Position numbers and translations under genes: made by a program. Below are positions 11,354 through 21,900 of a stretch of 64,000 nucleotides of DNA, in pieces; positions within the stretch are counted from its first letter, which is position 1; every line of letters begins with the position of its first letter. Below the pieces are notes generated by a model that saw nothing but the letters and a program-made list of their open reading frames with translations, ran no database searches and had not been told where the DNA came from. The stretch spans positions 1,552 through 65,551 of the forward strand of contig JBEVJT010000113.1 in NCBI GenBank assembly GCA_040510075.1. The letters run 5' to 3'. The stretch comes from Xanthobacteraceae bacterium. Lineage in GTDB: Bacteria; Pseudomonadota; Alphaproteobacteria; Rhizobiales; Xanthobacteraceae.

Positions 11354-11354
11354 T

Positions 11355-14315
11355 TCAGCCGAGCGCCTCGTTTAAGAATGTCTGGAGCTGCTTGAGATGC
11401 TGGGACATGGTGCCGGTGGCGGTGGCTGCGGAGGCGGGCCGCCCTGCATAGCGTGGCCGTTTCATCTCGGCGCCGATCTGGGAGAGCACCCATTGCAGAT
11501 ACGGCTCGATGAAGGTCCAGGCACCCATGTTGCGCGGCTCCTCCTGGCACCAGACGAACTCAGCATCGCGGAAGCGGCTGAGCTCCTGGACGAGGGCCTT
11601 GAGCGGCACCGGATATAGCTGCTCGATCCGCAAGAGATAAATGTCGTCGATACCGCGCTTCTCCCGCTCCTCGTAAAGATCGTAATAGACCTTGCCCGAG
11701 CACAGCACGATGCGGCGGATGTCCGCGTCGGCGACGAGCTTGATCTTTTCGCCCTTAAGCATCTGCGCGTCGTCCCACAGCAGGCGATGGAAGGTCGTGC
11801 CCGGCCCCATTTCTTCGAGGCGGGAAACCGCGCGCCTGTGGCGCAGCAGCGATTTCGGGGTCATCAGAATGAGCGGCTTTCTGATCGTGCGATGCAGTTG
11901 CCGCCGCAGGATATGGAAGTAGTTCGAGGGCGTCGTGCAGTTTGCCACCTGCATGTTGTCTTCCGCGCACATCTGCAGATAGCGCTCGAGCCGCGCGGAG
12001 GAATGCTCCGGCCCCTGGCCCTCGTAGCCATGCGGCAAGAGGCACACGAGCCCCGACATGCGCAGCCATTTGCGCTCCCCCGACGAGATGAACTGATCAA
12101 ACACCACCTGGGCGCCGTTGGCGAAATCGCCGAACTGCGCCTCCCACAGCACCAGCGCATTGGGCTCGGCAAGCGAGTAGCCGTATTCGAAGCCGAGCAC
12201 CGCCTCCTCGGACAGCATCGAATTGATGACTTCGAAGCGAGCCTGTTTGTCGCCGATATGATTGAACGGGATGTAACGATCCTCGTTCTCCTGATCGACG
12301 AGCACGGAATGACGCTGCGAGAAAGTACCGCGCTCGGTGTCCTGGCCGCTTAACCGCACCGGGTCTCCGTCGCGCAATAAGCTGCAGAAGGCGAGCGCTT
12401 CGGCAGTGGCCCAGTCGATGTCTTTGCCGGTGTCGATCGCCTTGCGCCGCTGTTCGAGAAAACGCGCAATCGTGCGGTGGAGGTGAAATCCTTGCGGTAC
12501 CTCGGTGATCGCCCGGCCGATCTCTTTGAGCATCTCGATTGGCGTGCCGGTCTGCCCGCGACGAGGATCTTCGAAGTCGCGGGCGGCGGTGATGTCGGCC
12601 CAACGGCCGTCAAGCCAGTCCGCGCGGTTCGGCCGGTACGACTGGCTCGCGTCCAGCTCGGCATCGAGCTTCGCGCGCCATTCCCGGCGCATTTCCTCGA
12701 CTTCGGCAGCGGTGACGATCTCGTCCGCCACGAGCTTCTTCGCATAGATGTCGCTCGTCGGCGGATGCTTGCGGATCGCCTTGTACATGAGCGGCTGCGT
12801 GAATGACGGCTCGTCGCCTTCATTGTGCCCGTAGCGGCGGTAGCAAAACATGTCGATGACGACGGGACGCTGGAATTTCTGCCGGAACTCAGCCGCCACT
12901 TTGGCTGCGAACACCACCGCTTCCGGGTCGTCGCCGTTGGCATGAAAGATGGGCGCCTCGATCATCTTGGCCACGTCGGACGGATAGGGCGAGGAGCGCG
13001 AGTAACGCGGATAAGTGGTGAAGCCAATCTGATTGTTGATGATGAAATGTACCGAGCCGCCGGTGCGGTGTCCGCGCAGCCCGGAGAGCCCGAAGCATTC
13101 GGCGATGACGCCCTGGCCTGCAAAGGCCGCGTCGCCCGAAATCAGGAGCGGCATCACCATGGTGCGGTCTTCGCGCGTCGCCCCGTACTGATCCTGCTTC
13201 GCACGCACCTTGCCGAGCACCACCGGGTTGACGATCTCGAGATGCGAGGGGTTGGCCGTCAGCGAGAGATGCACGCGGTTGCCGTCGAACTCGCGATCCG
13301 ACGAGGCGCCGAGATGATATTTCACGTCGCCTGAGCCCTCGATCTCGTTGGGCAGCGTCGAGCCGCCCTTGAACTCGTGAAAGATGGCGCGGTGCTGCTT
13401 GCCCATGACTTGGGCGAGCACGTTGAGGCGCCCACGGTGCGCCATGCCGATCGCGATATCTTTGACGCCGAGCGCGCCCCCGCGCTTGATGATCTGCTCG
13501 AGCGCCGGGATCATGGATTCCCCGCCGTCGAGCCCGAAGCGTTTTGTGCCGGTGAATTTCAGATCGCAGAATTTCTCGAAGCCTTCCGCCTCGACCAACT
13601 TGTTCAGGATGGCGCGCTTGCCCTCGCGCGTGAAGGTGATCTCCTTGTCCGGCCCTTCGATGCGCTCCTGGATCCAGGCTTTCTGCGCCGGGTCCGAGAT
13701 GTGCATGAACTCGACGCCCAAGGTCTGGCAGTAGGTGCGGCGAAGGATCGCGAGAATCTCGCGCAAGGTCCCGAACTCGAGCCCGAGCACGCGATCGAGG
13801 AAGATGGGCCGGTCGTAGTCGGCTGCGGAAAATCCATAGGAGGCCGGATCGAGATCCTGCTCGTCGCGCGGGGGCTCGAGCCCGAGCGGGTCGAGATTGG
13901 CATGAAAGTGGCCCCGCGCCCGATAGGCGCGAATGAGCATCAGCGCGCGGATGGAATCGCGGGTGGCCTGCTGAACTTCGGGGGCGGACAGCTCGACGCC
14001 CGCGTGCTGCGCGCGCGCACGGACTTTTTCGCCGATGGTTTTGTCTACCTGCGTCCAGCCGTCGGCGCCGAGGGCCGCGACGATGTCGTCGCGTGGCGGC
14101 TGCGGCCAGTCCGGGCGCTGCCACGACGGGCCGTGCGCTGCCTTCTCGACTGCCGCCCGATCCTCCTTCAGCGCTTCGAAGAAGGCGCGCCATTTGGCAT
14201 CGACCGCCCCGGGGTCGGCCTCGAAACGGGCCTCGAGATCTTCGAGATAGCGCGCGTTTCCGCCGTAAAGGAACGAGCTTTCGGCGAAGGCGGCATTGGC
14301 TTCCTGGCGCGACAT
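11355..14315 (-). CDS. sucA: 2-oxoglutarate dehydrogenase E1 component
   Basis: 986 aa with MSRQEANAAFAESSFLYGGNARYLEDL at the N-terminus and GMAHRGRLNVL, PSHLE, LLPHGYEGQGPEHSSARLERYLQ. Confidence 0.98.
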   Translation of the reverse strand: MSRQEANAAFAESSFLYGGNARYLEDLEARFEADPGAVDAKWRAFFEALKEDRAAVEKAAHGPSWQRPDWPQPPRDDIVAALGADGWTQVDKTIGEKVRARAQHAGVELSAPEVQQATRDSIRALMLIRAYRARGHFHANLDPLGLEPPRDEQDLDPASYGFSAADYDRPIFLDRVLGLEFGTLREILAILRRTYCQTLGVEFMHISDPAQKAWIQERIEGPDKEITFTREGKRAILNKLVEAEGFEKFCDLKFTGTKRFGLDGGESMIPALEQIIKRGGALGVKDIAIGMAHRGRLNVLAQVMGKQHRAIFHEFKGGSTLPNEIEGSGDVKYHLGASSDREFDGNRVHLSLTANPSHLEIVNPVVLGKVRAKQDQYGATREDRTMVMPLLISGDAAFAGQGVIAECFGLSGLRGHRTGGSVHFIINNQIGFTTYPRYSRSSPYPSDVAKMIEAPIFHANGDDPEAVVFAAKVAAEFRQKFQRPVVIDMFCYRRYGHNEGDEPSFTQPLMYKAIRKHPPTSDIYAKKLVADEIVTAAEVEEMRREWRAKLDAELDASQSYRPNRADWLDGRWADITAARDFEDPRRGQTGTPIEMLKEIGRAITEVPQGFHLHRTIARFLEQRRKAIDTGKDIDWATAEALAFCSLLRDGDPVRLSGQDTERGTFSQRHSVLVDQENEDRYIPFNHIGDKQARFEVINSMLSEEAVLGFEYGYSLAEPNALVLWEAQFGDFANGAQVVFDQFISSGERKWLRMSGLVCLLPHGYEGQGPEHSSARLERYLQMCAEDNMQVANCTTPSNYFHILRRQLHRTIRKPLILMTPKSLLRHRRAVSRLEEMGPGTTFHRLLWDDAQMLKGEKIKLVADADIRRIVLCSGKVYYDLYEEREKRGIDDIYLLRIEQLYPVPLKALVQELSRFRDAEFVWCQEEPRNMGAWTFIEPYLQWVLSQIGAEMKRPRYAGRPASAATATGTMSQHLKQLQTFLNEALG

Positions 14316-14437
14316 CGGCGGGATCCGTGGTTTGGCGAGGCCGCAAAGCGGCCGGATCTTCTCTGCAACGGGAAAGCTGAAGTGCGGGTCAGCTTGCCAG
14401 AATCATATAGGATTGCGGCCCTTAACGCGCCCTAAGC

Positions 14438-15322
14438 TCACCCCCGCAGCACATCGGCGAGGGTGCGGCCCAACCTCGCCGGCGAGGGTGAGACCTTGAT
14501 CCCCGCGCCCTCCATGGCGGCGATCTTGGACTCGGCGTCGCCCTTTCCGCCCGAAATGATCGCGCCGGCGTGACCCATGCGCCGGCCGGGGGGTGCGGTG
14601 CGCCCGGCGATAAAGCCAACCATGGGCTTTTTGCGCCCGCGCTTGGCCTCATCGGCAATGAACAGAGCCGCGTCCTCTTCGGCCGCCCCGCCGATTTCGC
14701 CGATCATGATGATCGCCTCGGTCGCCTTATCCGCGAGAAACATTTCGAGCACGTCGATGAACTCTGTGCCCTTGACGGGATCGCCGCCTATGCCGACGGC
14801 GGTTGTCTGGCCCAAACCCTCGCGCGTGGTCTGAAAAACCGCCTCATAGGTGAGCGTGCCGGAACGCGAGACGATGCCAATCCTGCCGGACTTGAAGATG
14901 TTTCCGGGCATGATGCCGATCTTGCATTCGCCCGCGGTCATCACGCCCGGGCAGTTGGGCCCGATGAGCCGCGACTTCGAACCGGACAGCGCGCGTTTCA
15001 CCCGCACCATGTCCAGCACCGGAATGCCTTCGGTGATGCACACAATGAGCGGAATCTCCGCCTCGATCGCTTCGCAGATGGCGTCCGCTGCGCCCGCCGG
15101 CGGCACATAGACGGCGCTCGCGTCGCATTCGGTCGCGGCTTTCGCCTGCGCAACCGTGTCGAAGACAGGCAGACCCAGATGCGTGCTGCCGCCCTTGCCG
15201 GGCGATGTCCCGCCCACCATGCGCGTGCCGTAGGCGATCGCCTGTTCGGAATGGAACGTGCCGTTCTTCCCGGTGAAACCCTGGCAGATCACCTTCGTGT
15301 TCTTGTCGACCAGAATGGCCAC
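14438..15322 (-). CDS. sucD: Succinate--CoA ligase alpha subunit
   Basis: 294 aa with [33 protein letters not shown] and the GHAGAII active-site His loop. Confidence 0.98.
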   Translation of the reverse strand: MAILVDKNTKVICQGFTGKNGTFHSEQAIAYGTRMVGGTSPGKGGSTHLGLPVFDTVAQAKAATECDASAVYVPPAGAADAICEAIEAEIPLIVCITEGIPVLDMVRVKRALSGSKSRLIGPNCPGVMTAGECKIGIMPGNIFKSGRIGIVSRSGTLTYEAVFQTTREGLGQTTAVGIGGDPVKGTEFIDVLEMFLADKATEAIIMIGEIGGAAEEDAALFIADEAKRGRKKPMVGFIAGRTAPPGRRMGHAGAIISGGKGDAESKIAAMEGAGIKVSPSPARLGRTLADVLRG

Positions 15323-15325
15323 AGG

Positions 15326-16483
15326 TCAGCCTCGCACGGCGCGCACGATCTTCTGCGCGGCGTCATCGAGATCGTCGGCGGAAGTCACGTTGAGATTCGA
15401 GGTCGCGATGATGTCCTTGCCGCGCTCGACGTTCGTGCCTTCGAGCCGCACCACCAGAGGTACACGCAACCCGACTTCGGTCACGGCCGCCACCACGCCT
15501 TCAGCGATCACGTCGCAACGCATGATCCCGCCGAAGATGTTCACCAGAATGCCCTTCACCTTTGGGTCTGCCGTGATGATCTTGAACGCGGCTGCCACCT
15601 TGTCCTTGCTGGCGCCGCCGCCCACGTCGAGGAAGTTCGCGGGCGCCTCTCCATAAAGCTTGATGATGTCCATAGTCGCCATGGCGAGCCCCGCGCCATT
15701 GACCATGCAGCCGATGGTGCCGTCGAGCGCCACGGAATTGAGGTCGTATTTGGAGGCCTCGATCTCTTTCGGGTCCTCCTCCGTCTCGTCGCGCAGCTGC
15801 GCGATTTCCGGGTGCCGATAGAGCGCGTTGTCGTCGAAGCTGATCTTGGCGTCCAGGCAGATGAGCTGGTCGGATTTCGTCACCACCAGCGGATTGACTT
15901 CGAGGAGGCTCATGTCCTTGGCAAGGAATGCACCGTAAAGCTGCGCGATCAAACTCTGCGTCTCCTTGGCGAGATCGCCAGAAAGGCCGAGCGCCTGCGC
16001 CGCGCGCCGGCCGTGATGGGGCATGATGCCGGTTGCCGGGTCGACAGAGAGCGTCGCGATCCTTTCCGGATGCGTGCGCGCGACCTCCTCGATGTCCATG
16101 CCGCCCGCCTGCGAAACGACGAAGGCGACGCGCGAGGTTTCGCGGTCGACGAGCGCGGACAGGTAATATTCGCGCTCGATCGCGGAGCCCTCTTCGATGT
16201 AGAGGCGATGCACCTCTTTGCCGTGCGGGCCGGTCTGATGCGTCACCAGCACCGATCCAAGCAGGCGCTGTGCCTCCTTGCGCACTTCATCGACGGATCG
16301 CGCCACCTTCACGCCGCCGGCCTTGCCGCGTCCGCCCGCATGGATTTGCGCCTTCACCACCGGGGTGGCGAAATCCTTGGCGGCGCCAACCGCCTCCTCG
16401 ATCGAGAATGCCGCACGGCCGCGCGGTACCGGAACCCCGAATTCGCGCAGCACCGCTTTGGCCTGATACTCGTGGATGTTCAT
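15326..16483 (-). CDS. sucC: Succinate--CoA ligase beta subunit
   Basis: The conserved N-terminus [19 protein letters not shown] starts at the ATG at 16483. The track ORF adds 10 upstream codons. The stop lies 4 nt before sucD. Confidence 0.96.
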   Translation of the reverse strand: MNIHEYQAKAVLREFGVPVPRGRAAFSIEEAVGAAKDFATPVVKAQIHAGGRGKAGGVKVARSVDEVRKEAQRLLGSVLVTHQTGPHGKEVHRLYIEEGSAIEREYYLSALVDRETSRVAFVVSQAGGMDIEEVARTHPERIATLSVDPATGIMPHHGRRAAQALGLSGDLAKETQSLIAQLYGAFLAKDMSLLEVNPLVVTKSDQLICLDAKISFDDNALYRHPEIAQLRDETEEDPKEIEASKYDLNSVALDGTIGCMVNGAGLAMATMDIIKLYGEAPANFLDVGGGASKDKVAAAFKIITADPKVKGILVNIFGGIMRCDVIAEGVVAAVTEVGLRVPLVVRLEGTNVERGKDIIATSNLNVTSADDLDDAAQKIVRAVRG

Positions 16484-16500
16484 GCTCCACACTCCGAATA

Positions 16501-16647
16501 CCTCCCCGTGCAACGGGGAGTTCGGCGCGTCAGCGCCGGGTGAGACTCAAAATACAGCGACATTGCCGCGAGATGGCCCCCCACCCGACCGCCGCTCCGC
16601 TTTGCTCGCGCGGGGGGGGGGTTCGACCTCCCCCTTTCAGGGTGAGG
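16501..16647. repeat. REP-like hairpins plus a G10 run in the mdh-sucC spacer
   Basis: cctcccc-gtgcaac-ggggag (16501-16520); a run of 10 G at 16612-16621; tcgacctccccctttcagggtgagg (16623-16647), which is the inverted near-copy (2 mismatches in 25 nt) of 21815-21839. Confidence 0.7.
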
Positions 16648-16678
16648 TAGCGTCCGCGGCCTGCGGCAAGCATTGGGC

Positions 16679-17761
<1,083 letters not shown>

Positions 17762-17795
17762 TTAAAGCAGATTTGCCATTCTCGGCATGGCAAAA

Positions 17796-18992
17796 TCAAG
17801 TCTCCACCAGCCCCGCGACCGAACTGGCCTGCGCCGCCGAGGAGGGCCCGTGCGGCAATGACAAATATGAAGGCGAGCGCATCTCAATTAGGCGCGAGGC
17901 GGTGCGCTTGAATTCGTAAGCTTCGTATCCATCGTTGGCCGTGTACAGCGCAACGGGCTCGGCGGCCGCGGAGGCAACAAGCTTCACCGCATTGTCGTAG
18001 AACGTGTCGATCAGGATGATGAAACGCTTGGCCTCGTTGCGGTGCGCGTAGTCCATCACCGGAATGGCGTCTATGACCACGGTATGAAATTCGTGGACGA
18101 TCTTGAGATAATCGGCGGCCGCAAGCGGCTCCTCGCAAAGATTGTGAAATGAGAAACGCGCGACACCATCCGCAGCTTTGGGCACGCGAATGGCGCGTCC
18201 TTTCACAATCAAATGCCGCTCTTGGGCGGATTGCCCGGCGGTGAGGCGTGCCCAGATTGTATCAAGCGCGCGCGCCGATGCCGCATTTGCAGGGACATGC
18301 CACACCGGCGCGTCGGCGAGCTTTTCCAGGCGGAAATCGGTCCGCGCGGCAAGGCGCACCACCTTCATGTGCTCCTCGATCAGTGCGATGAACGGCAGAA
18401 AGAGATCGCGGTTGAGTCCTTCGCGATAAAGCTCGCGCGGAGGCAGGTTGGAGGTTGCGACCACGACCACACCCAGCTCGAACAGCCGCGCAAACAACCG
18501 GCCGAGGATCATCGCGTCGGCAATGTCGGTGACGTGGAATTCGTCGAAACACAAAAGCGAGCTGTCGCGCGCAATCGCCGTGGCGGCTTGTGCAATCGGT
18601 TCGCGATCCTTGATCGTGCCCGCCTTGATCTCTTGGCGCAGCGCATGGATCCGCTCGTGCACTTCCGCCATGAATTCGTGAAAGTGCACGCGACGCTTGG
18701 ACGAGACCGCAGCGGCAGAGAAGAAGATATCCATCAGCATTGTCTTGCCGCGGCCGACCTCGCCATAGATGTAGAGCCCCCTGACCGCGTGGGCGGCGCC
18801 ATTGCGCCCACCAAAGATCCAGCTCAAACCTGATGATTTGCGCGCAAGCTGATGTTGCGTCAGCGCCTGGTCGAGCTGCGCGAGATCTTCCACCAGATCG
18901 GCTTGTGCGTTGTCGGGCTCGATCTCGCCGGAGGCGATTTTGGCCGCGTAGCGCGCGTTGACCGCCCTGGAGCCCGGCATTCTCAAATTCAT
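17796..18992 (-). CDS. zapE: Cell division protein ZapE (AFG1-family ATPase)
   Basis: Walker A GEVGRGKTMLMD and Walker B LLCFDEFHVTDIADAMIL. The start is uncertain, with in-frame ATGs at 19013, 18992 and 18980. I chose 18992 because homologues as I recall them begin a few residues before ...RY..K...G.I..D. Confidence 0.85.
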   Translation of the reverse strand: MNLRMPGSRAVNARYAAKIASGEIEPDNAQADLVEDLAQLDQALTQHQLARKSSGLSWIFGGRNGAAHAVRGLYIYGEVGRGKTMLMDIFFSAAAVSSKRRVHFHEFMAEVHERIHALRQEIKAGTIKDREPIAQAATAIARDSSLLCFDEFHVTDIADAMILGRLFARLFELGVVVVATSNLPPRELYREGLNRDLFLPFIALIEEHMKVVRLAARTDFRLEKLADAPVWHVPANAASARALDTIWARLTAGQSAQERHLIVKGRAIRVPKAADGVARFSFHNLCEEPLAAADYLKIVHEFHTVVIDAIPVMDYAHRNEAKRFIILIDTFYDNAVKLVASAAAEPVALYTANDGYEAYEFKRTASRLIEMRSPSYLSLPHGPSSAAQASSVAGLVET

Positions 18993-19185
18993 CAATGCCC
19001 AACTCTTGTGCATTGCGATATAAATTCCAACAGCTTCGGGCTTAGCGCATAGCCGCCATGTGAATTTATCATCTGTATTCAACCTATTAACCGAAAGTTG
19101 ATCGACCCGACACGATGCAGACCTCTTGTATTGCGATGCAATACGGTGATTCGCAAAAACAGTGATTCGCAAAAGGAGACCGACA

Positions 19186-19761
19186 ATGGAAGAGCCGCTC
19201 CCCGAGGGTGGGCAGATCCGCAAATTGTGGATCGCCGAAGCCGATCTCTATCGCGAACATCTCCTCCGGCTCGACCCGAAGAGCCGGCGCAGCCGGTTTG
19301 CCGGCGCGGTGTCGAATGAGTTCTTGCGCAAATATGCAGACCTCGCATTCAGCTTGGATTCGATCATTCACGGCTTTATCGTAGAGGACATATTGCGCGG
19401 AGCTGCCGAGCTGCGCGCCATCGGCTCGCCCGCACGGCGTGAGGCGGAAGCGGCATTCTCCATCGAGAAACCATGGCAGAGCCATGGCGTCGGCTCGGCG
19501 CTCCTCGAGCGCACATTGCTGGCGGCGCGCAACCGCGGGTTTCGTTTTCTGCACATGGCCTGCCTTGCTGATAATGAGCGCATGCAGCAGCTCGCGCGCA
19601 AATACGACGCGGACCTGCGTTTCGACTTCGATACGGTGGTGGGCGAGGTCACCGCGCCGCGTCCGACACCGCTCTCGGTGTTCCGCGAGGTCCTCGCGGA
19701 CGGCCACGGCTTCGCCACGGCGATATTCGACGTGCAGTCGCGTCTGCTCCGCGCGGTGTAG
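19186..19761 (+). CDS. GNAT-family N-acetyltransferase
   Basis: The ATG at 19186 is preceded by AAAGGAG; the track ORF starts at an upstream GTG. Acetyl-CoA binding region: QSHGVGSALLERTLLAARNRGFRFLHMACLADNERMQQLARKY. Confidence 0.75.
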   Translation: MEEPLPEGGQIRKLWIAEADLYREHLLRLDPKSRRSRFAGAVSNEFLRKYADLAFSLDSIIHGFIVEDILRGAAELRAIGSPARREAEAAFSIEKPWQSHGVGSALLERTLLAARNRGFRFLHMACLADNERMQQLARKYDADLRFDFDTVVGEVTAPRPTPLSVFREVLADGHGFATAIFDVQSRLLRAV

Positions 19762-19829
19762 AGTGAGCCTCGGCAAATAAAAGAATGAGTAAGCGGGCGC
19801 ATTCTGCACGCGCGTGCTCGCGGGTGCAG

Positions 19830-20366
19830 TCACGCTGCGAGCGGGTAGGCGGCTTCAACCACATACGGTCCACCGCCCCCTCCCATGCGCGAGGAGAACA
19901 GCACAAAACGCGAAACGGTGACCGCCGGCACATGCAACGGCGCGCGCACGGCGAGATAATCGGCGACCTGCCGGCTCGATGATTCGCGCAAGCGGGCGAG
20001 CGTGACATGTGGCGTGTATTTGCGGCCTTCGGGCTCGAGGCCGACGCGCTGGAGGAGCCGCTCGTGTTCGGCCTGCAGCTCCATCAGCTCCGCCGCGGGA
20101 GCAAAGCGCGCCACGACGGCGCGCGGTTTCCTCCCTCCGAACGAGTCGAGATCCTGCAAACGCAGCTCAACGGGCGCGCGTCGCACCCGCGCCAGCAACG
20201 AGGTGACCTCGTGGGCGATCACCTCATCCACTTCGCCAATGAAGCGCAAGGTCACGTGATAGTTCTCCGGCTCGATCCAGCGCGCGCCGGGCAATCCGCC
20301 GCGCAAACCCGCGAGCGCTTCGACAACGGCACGCGGCAGTTCGAGACCGGTGAACAAGCGAGGCAC
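19830..20366 (-). CDS. thpR: RNA 2',3'-cyclic phosphodiesterase (2H phosphoesterase, LigT/ThpR)
   Basis: 178 aa starting MPRLFTGLELP, with two H-x-T motifs (YHVTLRFIG and PHVTLARL). Confidence 0.88.
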   Translation of the reverse strand: MPRLFTGLELPRAVVEALAGLRGGLPGARWIEPENYHVTLRFIGEVDEVIAHEVTSLLARVRRAPVELRLQDLDSFGGRKPRAVVARFAPAAELMELQAEHERLLQRVGLEPEGRKYTPHVTLARLRESSSRQVADYLAVRAPLHVPAVTVSRFVLFSSRMGGGGGPYVVEAAYPLAA

Positions 20367-20372
20367 GGCACT

Positions 20373-21083
20373 TTACGTCCCGCGCTGGGCCTGCACGCGC
20401 GTGATGAGTTCCTCCACCTGCGGCAGGATGCGCGCGACAATCGCGTCAATGCCGGCGGCATTGGGATGCACGCCGTCCTGCAGGTTGAACCGCGGTTGCG
20501 CGGCAATGCCTTCGAGAAAGAACGGATAAAACAGGACGTCACTCTCGCGCGCGAGATCGGCATAGATGCGCTCGAACTCGTCGCCATAGGCGTGGCCGAG
20601 ATTTGGAGCCGCGCGCATGCCGGCGAGCAGAACAAGGACGTTACGATCCCTCAGCCGGCGAATGATTTGTGCAAGCGCTTTGCGCGTCATTGCGGGATCA
20701 ACGCCAAGCAGCATGTCGTTCGCGCCCAGTGCGACGATCACCGCGTCAGTGCCGTCTGGCACCGACCAGTCGAGCCGCGCGAGTCCGCGCGCGGCGGTAT
20801 CGCCGGATGCGCCGGCATTGACGATCTCGACCGCATAGCCTTTGGCCTTGAGTGCGCCTTCGAGCTTGGCCGGGAATGCCGCTTGCGCGGGCAAGCCGTA
20901 CCCCGCAGTCAGGGAATCACCGAAGGCGACGATGCGCACCGGCCGATCGCCACCGCGGCCGGGCTCACCGGCAGCTCCCCCGAACGTCAAAGCCATGAGC
21001 ACCCCGGTATGGACCAGCGCCTTGCAGCCCCGATATGACCGGCACGCCCAGTTCCTGAACCAAAATGCCGCAAAGGCACGCAT
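20373..21083 (-). CDS. SGNH/GDSL hydrolase (TesA-like arylesterase/lysophospholipase)
   Basis: Block I IVAFGDSLTAGYG, GANDML, and block V DGVHPNAAG. The start is set at the ATG at 21083 (MRAFAAF...). The 358-aa track ORF extends into the divergent ABC gene. Confidence 0.85.
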   Translation of the reverse strand: MRAFAAFWFRNWACRSYRGCKALVHTGVLMALTFGGAAGEPGRGGDRPVRIVAFGDSLTAGYGLPAQAAFPAKLEGALKAKGYAVEIVNAGASGDTAARGLARLDWSVPDGTDAVIVALGANDMLLGVDPAMTRKALAQIIRRLRDRNVLVLLAGMRAAPNLGHAYGDEFERIYADLARESDVLFYPFFLEGIAAQPRFNLQDGVHPNAAGIDAIVARILPQVEELITRVQAQRGT

Positions 21084-21780
21084 GCACCAACTCTCTCCTT
21101 CAGCATCGGCGAAAACTGCCGTCGCGCTCGCCGGCGTGAACCTCGCGCTCGGGCGAGGAAGAGCGCGCGTCCACATCCTCAAAGACATCGGTTTCAATAT
21201 AGGTTGCGGCGAGGCGGTTGGCCTCCTCGGTCCGTCGGGATCGGGCAAATCGACGCTGCTGATGGTGATTGCAGGATTGGAGCGCACGGATAGCGGTGTT
21301 GTGGCGGTTGCCGGCCAGGAGCTCAATGGTCTCGACGAGGATTCTTTGGCACGCTTCCGCGCAAAGAATATCGGGATCGTATTCCAATCATTCCATCTCA
21401 TTCCGACGATGAGCGCCATCGAGAACGTCGCCGTGCCGTTGGAATTCATGGGCGTGCGGGATGCCCAAATGCGCGCGAGAAGTGAACTTGCGGCGGTGGG
21501 GCTCGCGGACCGCGCGCATCACTATCCGGCGGAGCTTTCGGGCGGCGAGCAGCAGCGGGTTGCGCTTGCCCGCGCGCTGGCGCCAGGACCTGCCATTCTT
21601 CTCGCGGATGAGCCCACCGGCAATCTCGACGAGACCACCGGCAGCCATGTCATTGATCTTCTGTTCGAGCAACATGCAGAGCGCGGCACGACGCTCATTC
21701 TCGTGACCCATGACCGAGCACTCGCCTCGCGGTGCGATCGCCTGCTGCGCCTGCGCTCCGGACGACTGGAGGCGGAATGA
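21082..21780 (+). CDS. ABC transporter ATP-binding protein (YbbA/LolD-like)
   Basis: Walker A GPSGSGKSTLL, signature LSGGEQQRVALARAL and Walker B ILLADEPTGNLD. It is divergent from the SGNH esterase and followed by an FtsX-type permease, as in the E. coli tesA-ybbA-ybbP arrangement. Confidence 0.92.
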   Translation: MHQLSPSASAKTAVALAGVNLALGRGRARVHILKDIGFNIGCGEAVGLLGPSGSGKSTLLMVIAGLERTDSGVVAVAGQELNGLDEDSLARFRAKNIGIVFQSFHLIPTMSAIENVAVPLEFMGVRDAQMRARSELAAVGLADRAHHYPAELSGGEQQRVALARALAPGPAILLADEPTGNLDETTGSHVIDLLFEQHAERGTTLILVTHDRALASRCDRLLRLRSGRLEAE

Positions 21781-21814
21781 CGGATAGTTATGAGGGGGTG
21801 TTCTCTCGATCATA

Positions 21815-21861
21815 CCTTCCCCTGAAAGGGGGAGGTCGATCGGCCCGCGCAACGGGGAGGG
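21815..21861. repeat. REP-like element (ccttcccc-tgaaa-gggggagg then gcgcaacggggagg)
   Basis: A hairpin at 21815-21835 followed by tcga is the inverted near-copy of 16623-16647. The second half resembles the loop and 3' arm of the hairpins at 11202 and 16501. Confidence 0.65.
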
Positions 21862-21900
21862 AGCGCGCCGAGTGCGCGGCACCAGCAAAGCTGACGAGAG

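Noticed and set aside
14570-16543. 657-aa plus-strand ORF antisense to sucD and sucC
   Set aside because: Same reasoning. It is fully overlapped by two highly conserved genes on the other strand, and its composition (R, A, G, H, D rich) is non-protein-like.
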